This document shows positions 11,233 to 23,189 of a stretch of 64,000 bases of DNA, piece by piece. Where the stretch lies: positions 1 through 64,000 of the forward strand of contig JALDZS010000022.1 of assembly GCA_022813965.1 (NCBI GenBank). The letters run 5' to 3'. This DNA comes from Toensbergia leucococca (Eukaryota). The notes below the pieces were generated by a model, which was given only the letters and a program-made list of their open reading frames with translations, was not told the DNA's origin and did not search any database. The number at the start of each line of letters is the position of its first letter. Positions within the stretch are counted from its first letter, which is position 1. A program made the position numbers and the translations under genes.

Positions 11233-14200
11233 TTATGAAACTGCAGCTTCATTCTGGTCTTCTTTCTCTTTGCCAAGAGGTGACTTGGATCGCTGCTGGT
11301 CAGACAACGGCTGCGATTTTGTGGTTGGCGGTGATGAATGGACTGAGGGTGGGGAAGCTGGGTCGGTCGGTTCACCGGAAGCATCTAATCCTGCGAGAGC
11401 ACTGGGAAGCTGTCAGTCTTCTGTAAAAATAGTATAGAAATCGCAAATTCCCTACCTGAATGCATTCGCGCTCTTAGTTTCTTCCTTTTCCTTTTTTTCC
11501 TTCTGTGCAGGTGGCGTTGCTGTACGACTTGATGCGCCAGAGTCCTCGCCACCTCTAGCCATTCCACCAGATCCCATAGTCTTGCGGTTGTTGGAACCTC
11601 TTGCACTAAACATCGAAGTAGGTCCAAAAACAGGGCCTTGCGAGCTGGCTTGTCGAGACCCAGTCTTGCTACCTAGCCTCCGAAGGTCGTCCATGCCAAC
11701 TGTATTTTTCTGGAAGTCTGGCGGAGCTTGCATACCGTACTGACCTCCACCAGAGAAGTTGCGTGCATCACCTCGTCCCATAGGCATGCGACCACCACCC
11801 CCACCCCCACCTCCGCCTCTTCGCGAATTGTCCTGTGCTCGCTGTACTTCCTTCTCACGCTCGGCAGCAACAGCCTACAAGGATCAGAAGCAATCAGAGA
11901 GAAAGAATCAGTTAAGATCTTACCTGTTGTCGCACCTCGTCGAGCGTCGTAGGGCCCTTGAGCACTCCGCCCTTGGTCTGCCACCGCTTTCTCCGCAAGT
12001 CCAAAATATCCTTCTCAATGTCAGTGGTGCATAGAGAAATACACAGATGGAGACAAGCTTACCATCAACATGAATTTCAATCGACTTGGTAGACCCTTGG
12101 TTTCCATCATGCCGTTGATACGTGAGAAGTATGCATCCATCAAGCCAAGGCCACGGTCAGTGCTGTCCAGGTTCTGACCGATAGTCTTCAGTAAACTCGT
12201 CAGTGACTCCACTTCAGCTTCGTCTGGTATGCCATCATAGTCGACAAGCTTCTTCACACACTCGTGCATAATACGCTCTGTAAGCATACCAAGCTTGTAA
12301 AGCTCACCGATAAATCTAACCAGGCCTAGGCCGCGTCGTTTGGCAGCGGCAGCGATGTAATACTCGTCGGAAAGCATTACTTCTTCCTTGGATTCACCTT
12401 CAGGCTTGTCTGGAAGGTTCATTTTCCATCCTCGCTCGAATTCCTCTTGACAGCGATTGAGCAAGTATTTACGGAAGAGAGCACCGCCAACTACAACATT
12501 ACCGCTCTTGTCAAGGATACTCTCATCTTTGATCTCCGGACTCATCGACTCAAGCATGCGCTTACAGAACTCGGCATACATCTGCGCCCAATGCGCTTCG
12601 TCGGTAGCCTTCTCGAAAGTAAGCTGAATGACTTGTCGCAGTGTTCTACCGTCTGTCTCGTCTTTGGATTGTCCGGCAATATCAAGGATCTGGAAGGAGA
12701 TCTTATCGAAGTTGTTTGGAGTCATCTTATTCAAGTTTGACTTGACTTTTCGTTGCACTACATCAGGTGCCACGTGACCGTCTCCACCCGGCGCAGGTCC
12801 AGCCATACCGGTAGCATTCGCTCCCACAGAGCGAGGTTTCCAGCCACTAGCGGTGGTCTGGATAGGCTTTAGGTCAGCACCAGCAGTAAGAGGCATCTGC
12901 TTAGCATCTTTATCGTTATCACGGGATGGTTTTCCTCCTTTACTGCCTCGTCCGCCTCCGCCTCCGCCTCGATGGCTTTGGTTACCACGGGGAGATTGGG
13001 GATGTGAAGATATAGATGTGGATGAAGGAGAGCGATCCATGGTCTTGCTCATACCCATTTGAAACCCACCAGGACGCACAAAGGGCGCTAGTGGGTTTTG
13101 CATCGAAGGTCGTTGAACTGCTCCCTGGCCGGACGTAGATGCTTCGTAACGCGACTGAGAGGTTGTGCCTGGAGGTAGGGTTCTCCCGCCGCCGGGTGCT
13201 CCAAACGTGCCCATTGCAAAAGGCTGCGATAGATTAGGTCGATTTGAAGGTTGGCGCTGACCCATCATCGGAGTCTTTGCAGAAATTGGGACACGAGTCG
13301 AAGAATCCGGTGTTGATGTGTCCCCTACAGTCTCTTTGACCTTGTCGATCCAGGTCTCAGAAGGCTTCTCGACGAAGACTCTCTGGAATTGAAGCAAAAA
13401 GTCTTTGTCATAGCGAAACTTACCCATAGGTGCAGCTGTATTCAAAGCCGGGTTAGGTGAAGCGATGGCGGCAGGATAAGACACATCATTGACAGAAGTA
13501 AGAAAGCGGGCAGATCGAAGAGATTGAAGAGCTGCACTAGGCTGAGGTGGTTCGATAGCTTTGGAGGTTTCGAGTTTGAGAGCAGCAGGTTTTTGCTTTC
13601 CACCACTAGCTGTTCTTAGAGGAGGACCCATTGATGTATCGGATACAGGTGTCGCTGCGCCACTCTCAACAGGTGTCTGGACAGCAATTGGAGAATCGCT
13701 TGACTCCGTGGTTGGTTCTTCTTTCCTGAGCGCTGCAAAAAGACTGACTCTCTCTTTGGTATCCTCGCCTTCGCTCTCTTCCAACTTTTTCAACCGAGCT
13801 TCCTCGGCCTCCTCAGCCTCACGTTCTGCCTTTATCATTTCTTCGTCGGCCTTTGAAGCAGCTTCAGCCTCTTTACGAGCCTGTTCCTCTTTCTCCAATT
13901 GCTTTTTCTTCATGTAGCGCTCTTCAGCTTCGGCCTCTTTACGCTGCATTTCTTCCTCAATACGTGCATACTCTTCTTCCTCCTCCTTTTCTTTTTGAAG
14001 CTTTTCGGCTTCCTCCTTGGCTTTAGCTGCAGCGTTTTCAGCTTCCTCAGCCTCCGCCTTTGCCTTCTCGGCAGCTTCTTCGGCTTGCAATTGGATTCTA
14101 GCGGCTTCTCTCTCCTTTTCCTCTGCCTCTTCCTTATCTTTCAAGACCTTCGCTTCGGCTTGTCTCTTGTCCTCGGCAGCCTTCGATTCTTCCTCGTCTT

Positions 14201-16185
14201 TTTGACGTTTCTCCTCAGCTTTGTCGGCCTCAATCTTCTTGGCAATTGCGTCTCTCATGTCATGCTTCTTCTCCTCATCCGTCTTCACGCTCTTGCTCTC
14301 AGTTTTATGAGATTGAATATCAGGATGACTCGGCGTACGTGGCGGCGGCGTGGGAGTAGAAGTCACAATAGCTGGAGATCGACTTGCAGGAGCAGGAGAT
14401 GCTGGCTGTTTATCAAAGGTCTTGACAGCTCCGCTGTTGGGATCCTTGATGCGGACAGGTACACGTTGAGGGATCTTGAAATCATTAGATTTGGCAGCAG
14501 GACTACTTGTGGCACGGGTGGCAGGAGGCGCATGACTTGGTGCTGGAGTTGTGATCGCAGTCTGTGGAGGACCAGTGCTCGAACTCGGCCGATCCGAAAC
14601 GGATATTGCGGAAGGAGTGCGAGACATTGGTGGCGGTTGCGTTGGATTGCCATATTGCCCAGGGGTATAATGTTGCTGGGAGGCATGAGGCATCAGATGA
14701 GGAGGACGAGGAGAGCTTGGAGGCATATAATGCATTGGCGATTGCATGGCAGGAGTCTGGTAGTAGGCGGCATAGTTCGGGTCATAGTACCCTTGCGGCA
14801 TACCATATTGGTTCTGTTGTCTCGTTGTCAGAAATTTCTCAAAGTACCCACTAGCGGGTGATAGATCTGGGACATTGAAAGAAGGTAGAACGTGGCTCAA
14901 AGAAAGATGTGCCATTTTCTGATCTGGACTAGGGGGTATGTGCTGCAAAGATGAAGAAGATTGAGGCTTTACTTGTGGTGGACCCATATGCTGGGGATAA
15001 CCGCCGCCATATTGCTGCGCATACAGCTGCGGATTTGCAATGGGTATCTGACCCGGTTGTGGATGGACTGGCTGCGAACTTGATAATGCTGGACTACGAG
15101 CAGCTTGGTGAGGCGAGTTCTGGTAATGTGCAAGCGATCGGCCTTGCGACTGATATTGAGGTCCTATATTCGGTCCGCCGCGTGGTTGACTCGGAGCGTT
15201 CCGGTATGTGGATCCTGGAGAGTATGGCATCTGTTGAGGGTACTGGGGACCATAACCTTTCCCGCGGCCAGATTGTTGCGAATAACCACCTCTGCCTGAA
15301 GCAGGAACCATTCCTGGGTTACTATGATCGCTATGTGTTGATTGTGATGATTCACGGCGAAGATGGCCCGGGTAAGATGCCGGTGCAAGTGTGTTTTGAG
15401 GTATTGCCGTTGTTCTCATCTGGCGCTTATCAAATATTAGTATTTGATTGTATACTAAAAATTGCATCTCGACTTACCATGGCTTCTTCACTTGGAAGAC
15501 TGCCAAAGTTCAAACCGTTGCCTTGGCCATGCAGGCTAGATGGGGGTCTGCCACCGCTTGCAGGTGGTTGCGGAATCGGCGAGGGAGAGGTTTGTGGGGA
15601 GGTAATGCGCGGATTTCCAGGGTTGTGTACTGCCAGAGAATTTGCAGACTGATTTGGTTGAGGTATACTATTTACCATAGCTGGAGATCCGCCTGTATTC
15701 ATGGAGCCGAATTGTATGCCATTTCCTCCCGTTGGTTTTCCTACGACAGGGCCACCGTTTGGTATGTATCCGCTCGCCCCAGCAGCACTGATGGTGACCG
15801 AAGGCTTGCGGCTATGGTCCCCCGAGGCCGAGATATTGTTCGCGGTATTACCATTGGCTACGCTTGGTATACCCACAACTGGAACAGCTGGTGGGATAAC
15901 AATTTTGCCATTCACGGGTGAGATGGACTTTGATTTGCCATGCTGCGCTGAAGCGGGCCCTCCGACTGCCACGGTTGGAATAATATTGCCGGACGCGGCA
16001 GGTGGCGAGAACGGCTTCTTGGTTGCGCTGGCGTAGCTTCGGGCAGTGGCAGGAGCCGTACCGGCGGCCTGAGGTGTCGTCTTCCCGCTCGGCGGAACCG
16101 ATGGTGAATGCACCTGGGCGACAGTCTGCGATGCGCTGCTTGAAATTTGAGTGGGTAGGACTGGTTGTTGAGAGATGCTTGTCAT
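11233..16185 (-). CDS. TIF4631: Eukaryotic translation initiation factor 4G, multi-exon
   Basis: eIF4E-binding motif YDKDFLLQF; MIF4G domain VQRKVKSNLNKMTPNNFDKIS...RRGLGLVRFIGELYKLGMLTERIMH...SRLKFML; RGG-rich C-terminus; start MTSISQQ at 16185, stop after ...NEAAVS. Confidence 0.95.
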
Positions 16186-18170
16186 TAAATCGGTCGGTGG
16201 AAGAATATCTTGGATGTCGTGTTGGTTTGTCGGGAATGTAGAGTCGGGCAAACAGACGATGATGGCTTCTCTAGATATCAAATCCGAGAGTGATAAAGAA
16301 GAAGATATGCTGACGGAGTGGAGATTGTCGTGTGTAGTGTATTGTTGGCTGAGGTTAACACAGCAAAGCCTTAACGGCCCTTTGTAAGGAGTGTATACTC
16401 AGCAAGCGCGAGTAGAGTTGAAGGAGCGGAGTTCTACGAGAGTGTATTGATATCGTCGATGATCCAGCTTCTGGGTACTGCAGACCCGCCGGAGATAATG
16501 TGTTATGGGGTTGTGGTTGTAGTTGTTGGTGGAATGATGAAAGTTCGTGCGTGGAATAAATTTGCGAAGGGAAGGAGATTTTCCATCGATCCTTAGCCAC
16601 AGCCGAGATTGGGAAAGGCAAAAGCCGGGGCAAGAAAGCAAACTTCACACATTCAACACAAGCCAGGCTACTACAACAATTCGTTGACTCATTGAAGAGT
16701 GCCTTGACTACTTTACAAACTTCACTGTCTCACCAGACGCTTGCCTATTGACGGCCTTCTTCCAGAGTCGTCTGAGCATCTGGCTTCACTCCTATTCTAC
16801 CCACATGCCTCAGCCCCCGGTGGTAATTCTAGGTAGTCCAGCAATGCGTCATGTAGTCGTCTCAGTGCTTTCCCTAGATGAATGCACCGTGTAACATGAA
16901 GACCAGTGCACGATATAGACTAGGACCCAATTGCTTGAAATCCCCCTCGACAACCCGAAGAAAGCGCCCCTCGGCCCCGTCTTTCGTGTGGCGTCTCGTA
17001 GCTTTGCGCTCCAATCCTCAAATCCCTTGAATAGTACAAGACTCGTTTCAAACGTGTCTGGTACAAGCTGGCGTAAGGTCTTGTGCGCACACAACAAGAA
17101 TGATAGTAGTAGTATGTATGTATGATGAGCCGTTGCTACAAGTATATGTTTATCCAATGATCCTTAGGTAGGGCTACGAGTACTTTGATAGAGTAGCGTG
17201 ATATGCGGCCAAATATAAGTGCAACGAGGTGCATAAGGTAAAATCTCATAGCCGGGGTTGGCCATCCAAACAACTTACATACTTACATACACGCCTGTGA
17301 GTCATCCTCACATCTCAGCTACTCGTAACACTTGGTGATTACGCATCTTTCCATGTGCCCAAGTAGTGACATGAGGCTCACCTTAATACGAGCCAAAGAG
17401 GTAGGGTGGTGAGATTCCTCGGACTCGACCTTCTCTTCCTAGGTTGGCCAATGATAAGGCATGTCGATCGAGGAACCTGAATAAAAAGTAATGAATGATG
17501 ATAACGAGATGAAGAACTTCCCCGCGTTACATTTATCACTTCCACGTGAAGAACGGGTGCAACGTCCACAACAGTAGATAATGTAGCTTTTGCTGCCCAG
17601 CCGTTTTCGAACGGCTGCATTGATAGCCGTAGATTACTCATAATCTTCGAGACTACTTCCTGGCTTGAGTAGAAGATGCGTTGCTGGATTATTGACACAT
17701 TATCGACAGCATCTTGTTTCCTTCGGAACTTCAGAGCACAAATCGAGGAGTCACCCGCTACAGTTGTCCTCAATATGGGTTTCCAAGCTTTCCTCCAAGG
17801 TAACACAGCGGAGATCACACTTCTGATCGATCTGGGGAAATCAATTTATGAAGATCGTTGTTCGTTACCAGTGATCCAGAAAGTCTACGAGTAGGCCAAC
17901 TGAGGGTCATAATCGATTTGAACATGCCCAATCGGTAGGGCAGATACAAGTCCTGATTCACAGCTTGACGCAAACTTCTCACGTGAAACCATGATCCATC
18001 TTCCAAAGTCGCATGTCTGAATCCAAGAGAGGAAAGTGCCAGACAGGTTCAAGCTATGAGATGGAAATCCTAAGGGTTCGCGGGTTGTGCCCTACCTCGC
18101 CGAGCTCGCCTCTTTGGCTGTCGGGCCGAGAAATGGCCGAACTGAAATTCTCATTCAGTTTAGTGTCAAC

Positions 18171-18188
18171 ACGAACGCGCTTTCGCGT
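18171..18188. promoter_or_regulatory. MCB/SCB-like G1/S cell-cycle elements upstream of POL1
   Basis: ACGCG at 18175 and TTTCGCGT (reverse complement ACGCGAAA) at 18181-18188, ~155 bp before the POL1 ATG; MBF/SBF-type sites are typical of fungal replication genes. Confidence 0.55.
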
Positions 18189-18340
18189 ATCCCAAACCAA
18201 CGTGCAGAAGCGCATCAATACTTGGTGGAACACCTTGAGAGTATCCGTACCCTGGAACATTTTCTAAAAGCTCCAAGACAATATCAATGACCACTCTCAG
18301 AGACATACAAATGTCCTAAACATATCTTCGCCCTCACATC

Positions 18341-21300
18341 ATGTCCAGAACTGCTCGTCTCGCTGAATTAAAGGCCCTCCGTGCTTCTGGCAAGACACGC
18401 CTGTCCACATACAAGGTCGAAGAGGAGGAAAAGCTGTATGAAGAGGTCGATGAAGAGGGGTATAAAAAAGTTGTCAGAGATAGACTTGATCAAGATGACT
18501 TTGTCATTGACGACAACGGAGAGGGTTATGCCGATGATGGACGTGAGGAATGGATGGGGGAGAAGAGATATGATAGTGCTAGTGGAAGTGAAGAAGAGTT
18601 GCCATTGAAAGGCAAGGCCGGTAAGATCTTACTCAAGACGCTACTACTCAACCCCCTAATCTGTATACAGCCAAAAGGAAGCGCGAAGAAGACCGAGAAA
18701 AGACTGAGAAGACCAACAACAGCATCAACAAGTATTTCAGTAATGGACCTCTTCCTACCATGCCGAAGTTCAAGGTATGCTAATGACTCGGAGGACCTTT
18801 CTGCCTGACTGATTAATGGTACAGCCTGTTGCTACTGCTGAAGATGACGCCTTCATGGCAGATCTACTCGGAGAGGTGGATACGAATGTTCAACCTTCTG
18901 GCGCTGTCTCGAGTATGAGAATTCTGAAGTCTTCTGCTCGTCGAAAGACCCGCGTCCTGTCGCCACCCATCTCTGAGAATAAGAAAGTCCATCTGCCAAA
19001 GGCAAGCCACATTTACACTCCACCAAGTGAGATGTCTCGAGACCACGACGAAGATTTCTTAGGAGGAGCAGATGATGATGCCATGCTAATGAGTGACCCC
19101 ATGCCATCATCGCCGATTACAAAGGCCGTCGAGCGGAAGGGCCAGCTCCAGTTGAAAACGGAAGAGGAAGAGCAAGAGGACGATCTGATGGAGGTGTCAC
19201 AAGCATTTGGTGACCACAATCTGAAGGCTGTCAGTGTCAACATGTCAGGTTCACGTCCAGCGTCAAAGATCGTTGCAAAACCTCCCTACCCGACTCCTGA
19301 GAGTTCCTCTCCTATAATACCGCCGTCTGACATTGATGCATCTACATGGAACGACGTTACTTCGAAGCTCAACGTGCTAAGTAGTCAAAGTCCACCGACA
19401 GTCAGCCCGGGAAAGCTGAGTGTTCAGGATGCGCTTGAAGATGATGGTAGTCTGCGCATGTTTTGGACGGATTATACTGAAGTGAGCGGAAGTCTGTGTC
19501 TCTTTGGAAAAGTAAAAGACAGGAACACAGGTACCTATGTCAGTACTTTCGTCAAGGTAGACAATATCTTGCGGAAGCTTTACTTTTTACCAAGGCCTTA
19601 TAGACAACGTAAGTGATGCTGCTCGAATCTATAAGTCATTGTGACTGATTTGATGCAGGCTATGGTCGAGAATCCTCTGATGAAGTTGAAATGGGAGACG
19701 TGTATCAAGAAGTTGATGAGCTCATGACGAAGCTTCGAGTGGGCACGCACAAAATCAAATCTTCTTCAAGGAAGTACGCCTTTGAACTTCCAAACGTTCC
19801 CAAAGAAGCAGACTATCTGAAATTGATGTACCCCTACGATAAGCCTACTTTGCCACTAGATCTCAAAGGAGACACCTTCTCGAACGTCTTTGGGACCACC
19901 ACTGCCATCTTTGAGCAATTTGTCCTTTGGAAGAATATAATGGGACCTTGCTGGCTCAATATTGATGCTGCAAGCTTTACTTCACTTCATAACGCATCGT
20001 GGTGCAAGCTTGAGATCCAAGTTGCCACTCCTAAAGCTATCACCGCTCTTAACGAGTCAGAAGGAATAGACGCTCCACCCCTAACTTTTATGAGTATCGC
20101 AGTACGGACCAGTCTCAATGTAAAAGAGAACAAGCAAGAGATCCTTGTGGTGAGCGCACGCGTCTATGAGGACATCTCCTTGAACGACACGACTCCTTCT
20201 GAAAAGCTACCCTGTAAGACGTTTACGATTATGCGGCCTGCAGGAAGCACTTTTCCCATGGGGTTTGACGCAATGAGTAAGAAGCAACGCGGTGCGATCA
20301 TCCTTGAGAAGACTGAACAGTTACTACTGGCGAAATTCCTCGCGCTCTTGGAGAGGACGGACCCCGACGTGCTCATGGGTCACCAGTTGCAAGATGTGGA
20401 TTATCCTGTCCTATTGAGTCGGATGCGAGAGAGAAAAACTCCGAACTGGCATCGCGTAGGGAGGCTGAGAAGAAGTGAATGGCCAAAGAACATGGGAAAA
20501 GGTGGCGGAAGCTTCTTCACAGAGAGGCAACTGGTCTCCGGCCGGTTACTCTGTGACGTGGCCAATGACATGGGGAAGTCCCTCATGACCAAATGTCAGT
20601 CTTGGAGTTTGACCGAAATGTGTGAGCTATACATGGGCAAAGGCACTCCCCGTCAGGAGATCGACAATGAAGTGGCACTCAAGACATGGGCGACTTCCAA
20701 GGAAGGTCTTATGAACTATGTCAATCATTGCGAAGCCGACACCTATTTCATCGCAGCGATAGCTTTACAAGTCCAGATGTTGCCATTGACAAAGGTACTT
20801 ACCAATTTAGCTGGTAACTCCTGGGCCAGGACCTTGAGCGGCACCAGGGCTGAGCGTAATGAGTACATCTTACTGCATGAATTCCACCGGAACAAATACA
20901 TTTGCCCTGACAAGATCTTTGGCAAAGGCAAGCAGAAGGTCGAGGAAGAACCCCCAGAAGGAGAGGAGAGCACTGATGTCAAAAAGAAGGATAAGTTCAA
21001 GGGCGGATTGGTCTTCGAGCCAGAAAAGGGGCTTTATGACAAGTTCATCCTGGTAATGGATTTCAACAGCCTGTATCCAAGCATCATTCAGGAGTACAAC
21101 ATCTGTTTCACCACTGTTGATAGATCTGAACAATCGGACGACGACGACAAGGTCCCTGAAGTTCCTGCAGATCAAAAGCAGGGCATCCTGCCCAAACTCA
21201 TTGCTACCCTGGTCAGTCGGCGGAGACAAGTCAAGAGTCTCATGAAAGATAAGCGGGCTAGTCCGGAGCAGCTAGCGAGCTGGGATATTAAGCAACTTGC

Positions 21301-22901
21301 TTTGAAACTCACAGCCAACTCCATGTACGGCTGTCTCGGATACACACAATCTCGATTTTATGCTCGACCTTTAGCTATGCTTACAACGTTCAAAGGTCGT
21401 GAGATCTTGCGAAGTACCAAGGATCTCGCTGAAAGCACTCAATTGCAAGTCATTTACGGAGACACCGACTCAGTGATGATCAATACCAATGTCAATAACA
21501 TTGAAGAGGCGCTCAAGGTGGGAAACGATTTCAAGCGTTCTGTCAATGACAGATACAAACTTCTAGAGATTGACATTGACAATGTCTTCCGGAGGCTGTT
21601 GCTCCATGCTAAGAAGAAATATGCTGCTATTAATATGCTAGAGGTTGATGGTAAGTATGTCGATAAGCTTGAGGTCAAGGGACTGGACATGAGACGAAGA
21701 GAGTATTGTGCGCTTTCAAAAGAAGCGTCCTCCAAATTGCTCAATGAGATCCTGTCGGGTGAGGATCCTGAGGTGGTTGTTGCTAAAGTACACGACTATC
21801 TTAGGGAACTATCTGAGAAGATGAGAGAAGAGAAGATCCCTCCTCAAAAGTACATCATCTATACTGTAAGGTCCCAACTAGAGGCATATTGCAGGACTAG
21901 CTAATTTCCTCCAGAAACTCGGCAAGAACCCTAAGGATTACCCCAACCCTGATAGCATGCCACAAGTGCAAGTTGCCCTACGCTCCCTCGCCCAAGGTAA
22001 ATCCGTCCGCGTCAACGACGTGATTTCTTATATTGTTACTGCTTCATCCTCGACCGGCTCCACCGAATCCGCAGCCAAACGCGCCTACGCACCTGCAGAC
22101 GTTGTCTCTGCCTCCTCCGCCCTCAAACCAGACGTAGAGTGGTACCTCTACAAGCAAATCTTTCCCCCAATTGAGCGTCTCTGCGCTCCAATCACCGGCA
22201 CCGACTCGGTCCACCTCGCAGAATGTCTTGGCCTCGACACACGAAAATACTCCATCGGCTCCTCGGCCTCGAACTCCGCCAACCAAACCCAAGACATCTG
22301 CCCCCTAGAAAGCCAAATCCCGGACTCGGAACGCTTCAAAGACGCCACGCGACTCGCACTCCGCTGCCGCTTCTGCACCCATACCTTCATCTTCGAAGGC
22401 CTCACTGCCTCCATCGACACCGTCACTCCAGAAGGCATCGTCTGCCCGCAGGAATCCTGCAAACGCCTCTTCTCGACCCTCACCATCGTCGCCCAGCTCG
22501 ACCACGCCATCCGCCAAGCCACGTCCGCGTACTACGACGGCTGGCTCGTGTGCGACGACGCCAGCTGCGGCAACCGCACGCGGCAGATGAGCGTGTACGG
22601 GCATCGGTGTTTGGGGCCCAGAGGTCGGGCCGAGGGCTGTTTGGGCAAGATGCGCTATGAGCGCTCGGAGAAGGCGTTGTATAATCAGCTGTTGTATTTT
22701 AGGGGCTTGTGGGATGTTGATCGTTTGCGGGAGAGGGGGAGGCTTGGAGGGGAGGTGGGGGAGAGGGTGGCGGCTGCGGCGGAGTGGAATCGGGAGAGGT
22801 TTGGGGCTGTTGGGGGGGTGGTGGAGGGGTATTTGGGGAAGTGTGGGAGGGTGTGGGTGCAGATGGATGGGTTGTTTGGGTTTGCGATGAAGAAGTCTTA
22901 G
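18341..22901 (+). CDS. POL1: DNA polymerase alpha catalytic subunit, 5 exons
   Basis: N-terminal YEEVDEEGY...DDFVIDDNGEGYADDG; family-B motifs DFNSLYPSII, KLTANSMYGCLG, YGDTDS; C-terminal zinc-finger region. Confidence 0.97.
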
Positions 22902-23057
22902 AGGGGGGTTGGAGGGGATGAGGGGAGGATCTTTTTTTTTGGTTTTCTTTTGGTATTGGGTTTGGATAGGAGATGGGTAGGATAGGTTAATTGAACCTTG
23001 CTTTTCTTTTTTTGATCGTGTAGCTCGTGAAACATCTTACTGCTGAATCTGCTCCAG

Positions 23058-23079
23058 TAGCTAGCTAGCTAGCTAGCTA
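23058..23079. repeat. (TAGC)n microsatellite between convergent POL1 and RPL7 3' ends
   Basis: TAGC x5 seen directly. Confidence 0.85.
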
Positions 23080-23189
23080 TCTCTACTGACCAAACCAATC
23101 GGCCTAGCTAATGCAAATTCCTTCCACAATACTCATTTCCCCTCCCTCGAGCTTTCAACAACAGTAAGCTCCACTTTCCCACCTCAGAC

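Noticed and set aside
13899..14861. 320-aa plus-strand ORF and similar long antisense ORFs (4307-5023, 45782-46663)
   Set aside because: Shadow frames opposite well-supported genes; their composition simply mirrors the sense codons
17378..17818. 146-aa minus-strand ORF between eIF4G and POL1
   Set aside because: Non-ATG start, no recognisable motif, no convincing exon chain
16700..18300. Telomerase RNA candidate
   Set aside because: No CTAACCCTAA-type template or clear Sm site found on either strand
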